A stretch of DNA of 64,000 nucleotides. Origin: Planctomycetota bacterium. Lineage in GTDB: Bacteria; Planctomycetota; UBA1135; UBA2386. The notes beneath the pieces were generated by a model. It searched no databases, was not told where the DNA came from, and was given only the letters and a program-made list of their open reading frames with translations. A program made the position numbers and the translations under genes. The DNA lies in assembly GCA_046290465.1 (NCBI GenBank), contig JBKAGP010000001.1, positions 1,472,001 to 1,536,000 of the forward strand, in the 5' to 3' direction. The first letter of the stretch is position 1. Each line of letters starts with the position of its first letter. This document shows positions 12,111 through 21,832 of the stretch, piece after piece.

Positions 12111-13352
12111 ATGAGCGTCATCCCGATCACCTGTGACAACTGCGGCGCGAAGTACAAGCTTCCGCCGACCTTCAAGGGCGACCAGGCCAAGTGCCAGAAG
12201 TGCGGCAGCGTGATCGACGTCGCCAAGCAGCGCGCGGCCGCCGAAGGTGGCGAAGAGGCCAAGCCCGCCGCCGCCGCCAGGCCCGCCGCCGCCGCCCGGC
12301 CGGCCGTCGACCGCAGCAAGCGCACGGCTGGTGCCGGCCGCAAGGCTGCCGCCGGCAAGGTGACTGCCGGCAAGGCTGCCGCCGACAAGCCGGCGCGTCC
12401 GACCCGCGGCCGCGGCCGTGCTGCAGCGGGCGATGACGACGGCGAGGAGCGCCCCCGTCGCGGTCGTCAGGAGAAAAAGAGCAACAACATGCCGCTGATC
12501 CTCGGCGGCATCGGGGTGCTCGCGATCGCCGTCGTCGCGTTCCTGATGATGAACGGCGGCAAGAAGGACGACGACAAGCAGGGCGACCAGCAGGCGCAGA
12601 CCGACACGAACAACACCGACGGCAACACCGACGGCAACACCGGCGGCAGCAACGCGGCGAACGCCAACGCCAGCGAGTCCGGCAAGCCGGCCGAGGGCGA
12701 CGGCAAGCCCGCCGAGAAGCCGGCCGAAGGGGACGGCAAGCCCGCCGAGGGCTCTGCCAAGCCAGCCGAAGGAGACGGCAAGCCCGGCGAAGGGGACGCC
12801 AAGCCGGCCGAGAAGCCCGCCGCGTCGTCGCCCGACGCGGTGCCGATGCCCGACGTCGCCGAAGGCGAGAAGAAGGAGCCGTGGATGCGCCAGCGCAACC
12901 CGGCCGAGACCATGGCGGACGTCAAGTCGGCCGGCGAGCTGTACGGCGACGTGCAGTGGCCGGAGAGCATCGACGCAGCCAAGAAGACCGAGCTGCAGGG
13001 CATCGCCGAGGACCTCGACGTCAACGGCGGCATCCGCCACATCCGCGCCAAGAACAAGCTCGCCAAGGAGGGCTACCCGGCCCTGTTCGCGATCCTCGAG
13101 CGGCTGCACGGCCTCGACTACCGTCGGGCCGAGGACGCCGCGTTCGGATTCGAGCTCAACAAGGTGATCGAGGACATCACCGGCGGCCTCAACGCGCGCT
13201 ACTCGGCGGTGCAGGCCGGCGAGGAGATCCACCCCGCCAAGGCGCAGTGGAACACCAAGACGGTGAAGGCGTGGATGTCGACGTTCGCGAAGTGGCCGGA
13301 CGAGGCCGCCTTCACCGAGGCGAAGAAGGAACGCGCCAAGAAGAACGGCTGA
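12111..13352 (+). CDS. Zinc-ribbon (CDNC...CQKC) single-TM protein with KPAEGDG repeat linker
   Basis: AGGAG upstream of ATG; MSVIPITCDNCGAKY...KCQKCG; TM segment; KPAEGDG-type repeats. Confidence 0.85.
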   Translation: MSVIPITCDNCGAKYKLPPTFKGDQAKCQKCGSVIDVAKQRAAAEGGEEAKPAAAARPAAAARPAVDRSKRTAGAGRKAAAGKVTAGKAAADKPARPTRGRGRAAAGDDDGEERPRRGRQEKKSNNMPLILGGIGVLAIAVVAFLMMNGGKKDDDKQGDQQAQTDTNNTDGNTDGNTGGSNAANANASESGKPAEGDGKPAEKPAEGDGKPAEGSAKPAEGDGKPGEGDAKPAEKPAASSPDAVPMPDVAEGEKKEPWMRQRNPAETMADVKSAGELYGDVQWPESIDAAKKTELQGIAEDLDVNGGIRHIRAKNKLAKEGYPALFAILERLHGLDYRRAEDAAFGFELNKVIEDITGGLNARYSAVQAGEEIHPAKAQWNTKTVKAWMSTFAKWPDEAAFTEAKKERAKKNG

Positions 13353-13368
13353 TCGCCGCGGCCGATCC

Positions 13369-13420
13369 CCGCAGCCGGGCGCCGCAACCGGGCGCCGCAG
13401 CCGGGCGCCGCAGCCGGGCG
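13369..13420. repeat. Intergenic 13-bp tandem repeat x4
   Basis: CCGCA(G/A)CCGGGCG four times. Confidence 0.85.
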
Positions 13421-13607
13421 CCCGGCCGGCTGGCCGCACTGCCGCCCAGTCCGCTCGCGGCATTGGTGCCATCCTTGCGGCCACCGCGACGCCGCTTCCG
13501 CCACGCCTGGATCGAAGGCGCGGCGCTGCCGCACGCAGGAAGAGTGGTTGCAGAAGGCGCGGCAGACGCGCATGCGCCGCCGGTTTGCGTATGCTGCTCG
13601 CCCCCAC

Positions 13608-15059
13608 ATGACCGACTTCGCCGCCGACCTCACCCCCCGCGAGATCACCCGCCGCCTCGACGAGTACATCGTCGGACAGCCGAAGGCCAAGCGCGCCGTC
13701 GCCGTGGCGCTGCGCAACCGCTGGCGTCGCCGCCAGCTCGGCGCCGAGATGGCCGCGGACGTCTACCCGAAGAACATCCTGCTGATCGGCCCGACCGGGG
13801 TCGGCAAGACCGAGATCGCCCGCCGCCTGGCGACGCTGGCGCGCGCGCCGTTCGTCAAGGTCGAGGCGACCAAGTACAGCGAGACCGGCTACCACGGCCG
13901 CGACGTCGAGTCGATGGTGCGCGACATGGTCGACGCGTCGATCGCGCTGGTGCGCGCCGAGAAGGTCAAGGAGGTCGAGCAGAAGGCCAGCGAGGCCGCC
14001 GAGGAGCGCATCTACGAGGCGATGCTCGAGGAACTCGGCCTCGAGGAGTACCAGGACGGCAGCGCCGGCATGCCCGGCATCATGGAGGGCGGCTTCTGGA
14101 AGCCGCTGCCGCAGCAGAAGGACCAGGACGAGGAACGCGACTACGACTCGCCGCAGGACCTGGCCGAGCGCGAACAGGCGCGCGTGCGCCTGCGCGACGA
14201 CCTGCGCGAACGCCGCCTCGAGGCGCGCACCGTCGAGGTCGAGGTCGCCGACTCGTCGACGCCGACGCTCAGCGTGATGGGCCCGCAGGGCAACGAGACG
14301 ATGGGCATCGACGCGGCTGCGCTGCAGGAGATGTGGGGTCGGTCGCCGGGCAGCAAGACCAAGGTCCGCAAGCTGACCATCAAGGAGGCGCGCGCGATCA
14401 TCCACGACGAGGAGGCGGACAAGCTGCTCGACCAGGACGCGATCGTGCAGGAGGCGCTCGACCGCGCCCAGAACGACGGCATCGTGTTCGTCGACGAAAT
14501 CGACAAGATCGTCAGCTCGGGCGGCAGCGACGGCCCGGACGTGTCGCGCGAAGGCGTGCAGCGCGACCTGCTGTCGGTCGTCGAAGGCTGCGCCGTCTAC
14601 ACGCGCTACGGCCACGTGCGCACCGACCACATGCTGTTCCTGGCGGCCGGCGCGTTCCACTTCCACAAGCCGAGCGAACTGATCCCCGAGCTGCAGGGCC
14701 GCTTCCCGGTGCGGGTCGCGCTGCAGTCGCTGACCGAGGACGACTTCGTGCGCATCCTCAGCGAGCCGAAGAACGCGCTGACGCGCCAGTACGTGGCGCT
14801 GTTCCAGACCGAGCACGTCGAGCTGACGTTCACCGAGGACGGCCTGCGGCGCCTCGCCGGGCTGGCGTTCCGCGCCAACAAGACCACCCAGGACATCGGC
14901 GCGCGCCGCCTGATGACGATCCTCGAGAAGTGCCTCGAGGACCTGTCGTTCGAGGCCAGCGAGCGGTCGGGCGACAAGGTCGTCGTCGACCAGAAGCTGG
15001 TCGACGAGCTGCTAGGCGAGACCGGCGACGACGAGGACCTGATCCGCTACGACATGTAG
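13608..15059 (+). CDS. hslU: ATP-dependent protease ATPase subunit HslU
   Basis: 'LTPREI', 'AKRAVAVALRNRWRR', 'IGPTGVGKTEIARRLA', 'FVDEIDKI', 'ELQGRFPVRV', 'IGARRL'. Confidence 0.95.
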   Translation: MTDFAADLTPREITRRLDEYIVGQPKAKRAVAVALRNRWRRRQLGAEMAADVYPKNILLIGPTGVGKTEIARRLATLARAPFVKVEATKYSETGYHGRDVESMVRDMVDASIALVRAEKVKEVEQKASEAAEERIYEAMLEELGLEEYQDGSAGMPGIMEGGFWKPLPQQKDQDEERDYDSPQDLAEREQARVRLRDDLRERRLEARTVEVEVADSSTPTLSVMGPQGNETMGIDAAALQEMWGRSPGSKTKVRKLTIKEARAIIHDEEADKLLDQDAIVQEALDRAQNDGIVFVDEIDKIVSSGGSDGPDVSREGVQRDLLSVVEGCAVYTRYGHVRTDHMLFLAAGAFHFHKPSELIPELQGRFPVRVALQSLTEDDFVRILSEPKNALTRQYVALFQTEHVELTFTEDGLRRLAGLAFRANKTTQDIGARRLMTILEKCLEDLSFEASERSGDKVVVDQKLVDELLGETGDDEDLIRYDM

Positions 15060-15216
15060 CGGCAGTGCGGTGCGCCCAGCCGGCCCACTGGCAGCGCCGA
15101 TTCCAGGCCCCGGGGCCAGCAGCCGTGGTTGCCTCCGGACCGCGCTCGGCCGAGAATCCGCGGAACCGCAGCAACACCAGCTCGAACCACGGCGGCCTAC
15201 ACCGCCACTCTCGTAG

Positions 15217-15798
15217 ATGACCGAAATCACCAACGAACTCGTCCTCAAGGCCCAGACGGGCGACGAGGCGGCCAACCGGGCCATCGTCGAGGGCCTGCAG
15301 CGGCCGGTGATCGCAACGATCTATCGCTTTCTCGGACCCGGCTACCGACGCGAGGTCGAGGACCTCGCCCAAGAGGTGTTCCTGAAGGTGTTCCGAGCCA
15401 TCCAGAAGTTCGATCCGTCCCGCGCGAAGTTCACGACGTGGGTCTACACGTTCGTTCGCAACCACTGCTTCGACGTGCTCAAGAAGCGTCGCCTGAAGAC
15501 CACCAGCATGAGCTCGGTCGAGACGGACGACAACGACCGCGACTTCGCCGACCGGCGTGAGCTGCAGCCGACCGAGGACGCCGAGAACACCGAGCTCGGC
15601 CGGCGCATCGGCGAGGCGCTGTCGACGCTCGGCGAGGACCAGCGCATGGTGTTCGTGCTGCGCGAATACGAGCAGCTCGACTACCGCGAGATCGCGTCGA
15701 TCACCGGCGTCAACGAGGGCACGGTGAAGTCGCGCCTGTTCCGCGCCAAGGAATCGCTGCGCAAGCAGCTGGCCCCCTACCTGGAGGCCGGCGCATGA
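15217..15798 (+). CDS. ECF RNA polymerase sigma factor
   Basis: 'EDLAQEVFLKVF', 'FTTWVY', 'YREIA...EGTVKSRLFRAK'. Confidence 0.95.
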   Translation: MTEITNELVLKAQTGDEAANRAIVEGLQRPVIATIYRFLGPGYRREVEDLAQEVFLKVFRAIQKFDPSRAKFTTWVYTFVRNHCFDVLKKRRLKTTSMSSVETDDNDRDFADRRELQPTEDAENTELGRRIGEALSTLGEDQRMVFVLREYEQLDYREIASITGVNEGTVKSRLFRAKESLRKQLAPYLEAGA

Positions 15799-16655
15799 GC
15801 CCCCACGACCAACACGAACACGAGCCGGACCGGAACGGGGCGGAACGAAACGGGGCGGACCGAAACGGGGCGGGCGGCGAGCCGCACTGGAACGAACTGG
15901 ACGCGGTGCGCCGCTTCCCGTCCGAGGACGAATGGCTCGATCTGCCGATGCCGACCGACGAGCAGCTGCCCGACAGCGAACTCGACGGCAACGACGGCAG
16001 TTCGTTCGCCGACCGCGTGCTGCAGGCCAACCGCGAGGAGCGCGAGCTCGACGAGCGGCTGGCCGAGCTCGACCGGCTGCTGCCGCGCGAGCTGCTGCTA
16101 CAGTTTCGCGCGCCGGAGCCGAGCGCTTCGTTCGCGGCCGACACGACCGATCGCGCGCAGCAGGACCGGCGGCAACGCTGGGCCGAGACGCTGTCGCGCT
16201 ACGTCGCGCCGGAGCCATCGCCCGAGTTCGTCAACCGCACGCTCGCCGCGCTGCAGGACGACCAGGACCCGACCCGCGCGGCGGCCCAGCAAGGCAGAAC
16301 CCAGCAAGGCAGGTCCCAGCAAGGCAAAGCACCGACCAGCGCGACCACGACGACGCCCCGTCGGGCGGGCCCCTCGGCCGGCTCTCGGTCCAGCAACCGC
16401 ACCAACCTGCCGATGTGGGGCCTGCTGTCCGCTGCGGCCGCGGCGCTGCTGTGGCTGACGCTGACCGATCGCACCCGGCAACCGCTGGAGGTGCGCATCG
16501 CCGACCAGGCCCCGACCTCGGTCGCCTACGTCGACTCGACCACGCCGATGGCCGCGATCCTGTCGCACGTCGCCGACGACGAAGAGCCGCACGCGCTGTT
16601 CGACGAGCCGGTCGACGGTCTCTGGCTGGTCGGCGAAAGCGGGGAGCTGCGATGA
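15795..16655 (+). CDS. Putative anti-sigma factor (single TM)
   Basis: ATGA overlap with ECF gene, TM 'WGLLSAAAAALLWL', duplicated APEPSxxF motif. Confidence 0.6.
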   Translation: MSPHDQHEHEPDRNGAERNGADRNGAGGEPHWNELDAVRRFPSEDEWLDLPMPTDEQLPDSELDGNDGSSFADRVLQANREERELDERLAELDRLLPRELLLQFRAPEPSASFAADTTDRAQQDRRQRWAETLSRYVAPEPSPEFVNRTLAALQDDQDPTRAAAQQGRTQQGRSQQGKAPTSATTTTPRRAGPSAGSRSSNRTNLPMWGLLSAAAAALLWLTLTDRTRQPLEVRIADQAPTSVAYVDSTTPMAAILSHVADDEEPHALFDEPVDGLWLVGESGELR

Positions 16656-18112
16656 AGCTCGGTCCGGCGATCCTGCGGCTGGCGCTGGCAACGGCGCCCG
16701 CCTGGTCCGGCAGCGCGGTGCTCGCGCAGACCGAGGCGTCCGCGGACGCGATCGAGCGACTGCTCGCCGAGCTCGACGAACGGTTCGAGCGCGGCGACGT
16801 GCAGGGCTACCTGGCGCGGTTCGAACCCGACCACCGCGGCGCCGTCGCGATGGCCGGCCGGCACCTCGAACGCCTGGTCGCGGTCAGCAAGCGGCGCAGC
16901 CGCAGCTCGCGCATCTTCGCCGGTCCGAGCCAGGTCGGCAGCCGCACGCTGGTGCGCGTCCGCCACGACCTCGAACTGACAATCGGCGCCGGCGCGCCAC
17001 GCAAGTTCACCGAGGACTCCTACCTCGCGGTTCGCGTCGAGGACGGCGAGCTGATCCCGACGTTCGCCGTCGAGATGCCGCCGGCGATGAACTGCGTCAA
17101 GGGCAACAAGTTCAAGTGCCCGCCGTGCAACTACGAGATCGGCGGCGTCGACGGCTTCCTGTGCGTGCCGCTGCGCCAGGAGAAGTCGCTCGCCCTCGAG
17201 TCGGCGAGCTTCTACCTGATCGGCACCGGCGTGGTCTGCGACGTGCACGTCCAGGTGCAGAGCGAGCCGCAAAAGGCGCAGGTGGCGGCGCGCCGTCTGG
17301 CCGAGGCGTTCGCCAAGATCGAGCCGACCGCCGAGGTCGGCCTGGCGACCGCGTGGGCGCCGCCGATGCACGCCAAGGATCCGCCGTCGGGAATGGACAG
17401 CGCCCGCGTCGTCGTCAAGCTGCCGCAGGACAGCCCGAAGGCCGACGGCGAACGCACGATCTTCCACGTGGTGGCGTTCGGCGGCCTGCAGCACGTGCTG
17501 CTGGTGCGCGGCAGCACCGCGTCGCTGGCCGCGCACGCGGCGGCGCTCGACGCGTTGTTCCAGAGCTACATGCTGCTCGAGGTCGACTGCGACCTCGCCG
17601 AGGCGGCGGCGCGGCCGCTGCGCCATCACATCGGCGGCGCGTTCGACGGCAGCCGCTACGACAACCGCCGCTATGGCGTGACGTTCACCGGCCCGAAGGG
17701 CTGGCGCCCCGAGCACCGCATCGGCGGCGCGCGGTTCCGCGCCCGCTGGACTGGCCCGGACGGCAGCCAGCTGTGGCTGATCGGCTACGGCGTGCCGGCG
17801 GGCATGCAGGCCTGGACCAGCAAGCTGGCCGATCGCTGGATCGCGCACCATTGCGACAAGCACGGGCTGAAGGTCGCCGACCCGCAGCCCGAGGGGCTCG
17901 ACGACGACTGGCACGAGTCGGCGGCCGGCGCGCTCGAGCGTTCGTGCGTGCTGACCTGTGCCGAGCCGTCGTCGCCGACGACGCCGCGGCGCCGGGTCCT
18001 GCACGTGCAGCTGCACGACGACCTGCTGCTGATCGTCGACGGCTTCGGCGGCGGCAAACAGGCCGAACGCGCGGTGTTGACGACGCTCGGCTCGCTGGCC
18101 CGCAAGCGCTGA
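16652..18112 (+). CDS. Secreted hypothetical protein, third gene of the ECF operon
   Basis: ATGA overlap, signal-like N-terminus, NTF2-like start, 'KCPPCNY'. Confidence 0.7.
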   Translation: MKLGPAILRLALATAPAWSGSAVLAQTEASADAIERLLAELDERFERGDVQGYLARFEPDHRGAVAMAGRHLERLVAVSKRRSRSSRIFAGPSQVGSRTLVRVRHDLELTIGAGAPRKFTEDSYLAVRVEDGELIPTFAVEMPPAMNCVKGNKFKCPPCNYEIGGVDGFLCVPLRQEKSLALESASFYLIGTGVVCDVHVQVQSEPQKAQVAARRLAEAFAKIEPTAEVGLATAWAPPMHAKDPPSGMDSARVVVKLPQDSPKADGERTIFHVVAFGGLQHVLLVRGSTASLAAHAAALDALFQSYMLLEVDCDLAEAAARPLRHHIGGAFDGSRYDNRRYGVTFTGPKGWRPEHRIGGARFRARWTGPDGSQLWLIGYGVPAGMQAWTSKLADRWIAHHCDKHGLKVADPQPEGLDDDWHESAAGALERSCVLTCAEPSSPTTPRRRVLHVQLHDDLLLIVDGFGGGKQAERAVLTTLGSLARKR

Positions 18113-18169
18113 CGAGAACGCGACCGGCCGAAGGCTGACCGGCACCCGCGCCGCGGCTAGACTGCCGGC

Positions 18170-18529
18170 GTGAACATTCCCGCCGGCATGCAGGTGGCCT
18201 TCCAGGGCAAGGCCGCGTCGATGCGCGAGATCGCGCAGCAGCTCCAGCAGGCGGGCATCCGCACGGCCTCCGGACCGCTGCCCGGCGGCTGAGGCCCGCA
18301 CGCCTGGCTCGCGGTCGCGAGCGACGAACGGCAGCGCGCGATGGACGTGCACCAGCAGCACCTCGACGACATGGTGCGCCGGCAGGGCCTGCCGGTGCAC
18401 GACATCGTCACCGACCTCAGCGCCGAGCAGACCCAGTGCCCGGCGTGCCTGACCATGTTCGCGACCGAGGGCCGCACGCGCTGTCCCGACTGTGGCCTCA
18501 ACTTCGGTGGCCTCAACTTCGGCGGCTGA
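18170..18529 (+). CDS. Candidate selenoprotein (119 aa, TGA at codon 41) with C-terminal zinc ribbon
   Basis: GTG 18170, TGA 18290 and the CPAC/CPDC ORF at 18341 share one frame; TAGACT -10 box 6 nt upstream; hairpin 18307-18322. Confidence 0.72.
18307..18322 (+). promoter_or_regulatory. Putative bacterial SECIS hairpin
   Basis: GCTCGC-GGTC-GCGAGC, loop 20 nt after TGA 18290. Confidence 0.6.
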
Positions 18530-18533
18530 AACG

Positions 18534-20900
18534 ATGCGCATCCTCTCCCTGTCGTTCGCCGCCCTCGTCGTCGCCGCCGCCGCCTCGGCCCAGAAGATGG
18601 CCTGGCAGATCCCGGAGCGCGGCGCGCACGTGTTCGATCGCGTGACGCGCCGCTTCGAGGTCACGCCCCCGCCGTCGAAGTACCTGCCGCTGGTGGCCGT
18701 GCACGGCGGTCGCAGCGCGACGCCGCACCGGTGGCGCTACTTCACCTGCGCGCGCAACCAGATCCCGAAGGGCTTCGCCGCCCCCGACTACGACGACTCC
18801 GGCTGGTTCGTCGGCGAAGGCGGCTTCGGCCCGACGCCCGGCCAGACCGGCAACCACCGCACCGCCTGGAAGAACGACGTCTGCTGCCTGCGCACCAGCG
18901 TCGACCTCGGCCGCAGCAAGCCGAAGGCGCTGTGGTTCCAACTCGACCACGACGACGGCGTGCGCATCTGGCTCAACGGCGAACTGGTCGTCGCCGACGA
19001 CGGCTATGGCGTCTCTCGCGAGTACTTCGTCACCGGCAGGGCGCTCGACGCCTGGCAGCGCGGCGACAACCTGCTGGCGGTCCAGTGCAGCAACGTCGGC
19101 GGCGCGCAGTACCTCGACGTCGGGCTCAAGTACTTCCCGCGGCTGGCGCGCGGCCAGCGCCGCGTCGAGGACCTCAAGAAGGCCCTGCGCGACGAACGCA
19201 ACCAGGCCAACCGGGTCCGGCGCGCGCTGTTCGGACCGTTCCGCCCGCCGGCGATGCTGCTGCAGGGCGAGCTCGACGAGGACGCCACCCACGTCGTGCA
19301 CCGCCCGGTCGACCTCCGCGAGGTCGCCTGGTGGGTCGCGACCGACCTGCGCTGCGGTCCGTTCGGCGGCGCGGTCAAGCTCGACGCGCCGCGGATGTGG
19401 GAGCTCGGCGACCTGCGCGTGCGCGGCCGGGCGAGCGCCGTCGACGAACTCGGCTGGCAGACGATCAAGGTCAAGCTGGAGACGACCAAGGAGCCGGATC
19501 GCGGCAAGGACAGTAAGCGCTACATGCAGCACTCGGTGCTGCGCTTCGTGCACCACGGCTTCGAGGGCGACCTGTTGATCAAGCGCCGCCTCGACGTGCG
19601 GCCCGAGGGCACGCGCGTGGTGACGTTCGAGAGCAGCCTCGAGGGCACCATCACGCGCGGCGAGGACTTCAAGGAGGTCGCCGCCGGCGTCGTGCAGGAC
19701 GAGACCTGGAAGCTGAGCAGCACCCACGAGAACCAGGACACGGCGTTCCGGCTGCTGGTGAAGAGGGCGATCGAGAAGGGCGTCGCGCGGCTGCGCGAGC
19801 AACTCGGCAAGCCCAACGGCGAACGGCTGCTGAAGTCCGACGGCCCGAAGGCCGCGCGCAGCTACCACTCGGGCCGGCTCGCGATCGGCCTGCTGGCGCT
19901 GATCAAGGGTGGCCTGCCGAAGGACGACGAGGTGCTGCAACGGTGCCTGCAGGAGCTGCGCAAGCGCCCGCTGATCGACACCTACACGCTCGGCAACGCG
20001 CTGATGGCGCTCGAGAGCTACTACCAGCCGGCGACCGAGATCAGCCTGCTGCGGTCCGGTTCGATCGACCGTCCGCAGAAGCGTCAGGTGCCCGACGACG
20101 ACCAGGCGCTGATGCAGAAGTGGACCGACCGGCTGATGCAGAACATCGACACGCGCGTCGATCCCGGCTACCTGGTGCGGTTCAACTACGTGCGCGGCGG
20201 TCGCTTCGACAACAGCGTGCACCAGTACGGGTTGCTCGGCCTCTACGCCGCCCACCTGTGCGGCATCGAGGTCACGCCGACGACGTGGGAGGCCGCCGCC
20301 AACCACCTGCTCGACGTGCAGGAGGAGGACGGCAGCAAGCTGACGCTGCGGCTGATGGACTACCGCACGCACAACAAGCTGCAGTTCGATCCCGACGCCA
20401 GCGTCACGGTCGCCAGTTCGCCGAGCCGCGCCAACGGCTGGAGCTACACCAGCCCCAAGCACGGCGGCACCGAGTCGGGCATCTGGGGCAGCATGACCTG
20501 CGCCGGCATCACCGGCCTCGCGATCTGCCAGGCGGCGCTGCTCGACTACGAGGACGTCAAGCGCCGCAAGCTGCAGAACGACGCGTCGCGGGCCCGCAAC
20601 GACGGCTTCGCATGGCTCGCCGAGAACCTGACGGTGCGCTACCACCCCGGCGCGATGACGCGCCAGCGCCGCTGGCTCTACTACTACCTCTACGGCCTCG
20701 AGCGGGCCGCGCTGCTGAGCGGCGTCGCGCTGATCCAGGAGCGTGATTGGTTCTTCGAGGGGGCGTTGATGCTGGTGCTCGCGCAGCTCGAGAACGGCGA
20801 CTGGCCGGGCGAGCTGACCGCGGACGAGGCCGTCGAGCGGAATGCGATGGCGATCCTGTTCTTGAAGCAGAGCACCAGCCCGGTGCTGACCGGCAAGTGA
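18534..20900 (+). CDS. Secreted protein: galactose-binding-like domain + prenyltransferase/squalene-cyclase-like repeats
   Basis: Signal peptide, 'DHDDGVRIWLNG', 'DNSVHQYGLLGL', 'GSMTCAG', 'YYYLYGLER', 'QLENGDW'. Confidence 0.7.
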   Translation: MRILSLSFAALVVAAAASAQKMAWQIPERGAHVFDRVTRRFEVTPPPSKYLPLVAVHGGRSATPHRWRYFTCARNQIPKGFAAPDYDDSGWFVGEGGFGPTPGQTGNHRTAWKNDVCCLRTSVDLGRSKPKALWFQLDHDDGVRIWLNGELVVADDGYGVSREYFVTGRALDAWQRGDNLLAVQCSNVGGAQYLDVGLKYFPRLARGQRRVEDLKKALRDERNQANRVRRALFGPFRPPAMLLQGELDEDATHVVHRPVDLREVAWWVATDLRCGPFGGAVKLDAPRMWELGDLRVRGRASAVDELGWQTIKVKLETTKEPDRGKDSKRYMQHSVLRFVHHGFEGDLLIKRRLDVRPEGTRVVTFESSLEGTITRGEDFKEVAAGVVQDETWKLSSTHENQDTAFRLLVKRAIEKGVARLREQLGKPNGERLLKSDGPKAARSYHSGRLAIGLLALIKGGLPKDDEVLQRCLQELRKRPLIDTYTLGNALMALESYYQPATEISLLRSGSIDRPQKRQVPDDDQALMQKWTDRLMQNIDTRVDPGYLVRFNYVRGGRFDNSVHQYGLLGLYAAHLCGIEVTPTTWEAAANHLLDVQEEDGSKLTLRLMDYRTHNKLQFDPDASVTVASSPSRANGWSYTSPKHGGTESGIWGSMTCAGITGLAICQAALLDYEDVKRRKLQNDASRARNDGFAWLAENLTVRYHPGAMTRQRRWLYYYLYGLERAALLSGVALIQERDWFFEGALMLVLAQLENGDWPGELTADEAVERNAMAILFLKQSTSPVLTGK

Positions 20901-21520
20901 TGCGCGTCGTCGCGTCGTGGTCGTCGCTGTTGCTGCTGGCCGCCTGCGCCGCGCCGCCGCCGGCCGCGCCGTGGCGCGAACTGTTCGACGGCCGCTCGAC
21001 GGCCGGCTGGACCGCGACCAACTTCGGCGGGGAAGGCCCGATCGAGGTCGTCGACGGCGCGCTGCGGTTCGACTTCGGCAGCCCGATGACCGGCCTGACC
21101 TGGGCCGGCGAACCGCCGTCCGGCGACTACGACCTCGAGGTCGTGGCGGCGCGCGTCGACGGCACCGACTTCTTCTGCGGCCTGACGTTCCCGGTCGGCG
21201 ACGCGCACCTGACGCTGGTGCTCGGAGGCTGGGGCGGCAGCCTGTGCGGCATCTCCAACCTCGACGGCGAGGACGCTGCCAACAACGACAGCAAGCGGTT
21301 GTTCCGCTTCGAGAACGGACGCGACTACCGCGTGCTGGTGCAGGTCCGCGCCGACCACCTGGACGTGCAGCTCGACGGCGAGCCGTTCTTGCACGTGCCG
21401 CTGAGCTCGCGCGCGCTGTCGCTGCGACCCGAGGTCGAGCTGTGCACCCCGCTCGGCATCGCCAGCTTCGCGACCCGCGCGCGGGTTCGCTCGATCCGCT
21501 GGCGGCCCGTGCGACCGTAG
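20900..21520 (+). CDS. DUF1080 (3-keto-disaccharide hydrolase-like) lipoprotein
   Basis: Lipobox LAAC, 'WRELFDGRSTAGW', 'GTDFFCGLTFPVG', 'LVLGGWGG'. Confidence 0.8.
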   Translation: MRVVASWSSLLLLAACAAPPPAAPWRELFDGRSTAGWTATNFGGEGPIEVVDGALRFDFGSPMTGLTWAGEPPSGDYDLEVVAARVDGTDFFCGLTFPVGDAHLTLVLGGWGGSLCGISNLDGEDAANNDSKRLFRFENGRDYRVLVQVRADHLDVQLDGEPFLHVPLSSRALSLRPEVELCTPLGIASFATRARVRSIRWRPVRP

Positions 21521-21832
21521 CCGAACCCGGTCCGAGGGTTGTCGCCCCGGAACCAGACCTGCGGACCGGAGTGGCGGCCGGCTCGGACGAGAGGGCGGCG
21601 GTCAGCGCCGCAGCAGCTTGCAGAGCCGTCGGAGCGCGTAGCCGGGCCCGCGCAGCAAGAAGTCGACGGCGGCCGAAGGCTCGGCCCTCGCCAGCACGTT
21701 CTCACGGAGGTCCTCATCGATGCGACGGACGCAGCGGTGCACCGCGATCACCCGCTCCGTGACCCACCCATCGAGCCGCCCCAGAGTCCGCCCCAAACCA
21801 CATCCCACACCGCTCCATCGTCCCCCACCCCA

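Noticed and set aside
12028..13420. Tandem repeats considered as a CRISPR array
   Set aside because: Units are contiguous with no unique spacers, and no cas genes are present
21602..21808. 68-aa minus-strand ORF
   Set aside because: No recognisable motif or RBS, and weak codon support
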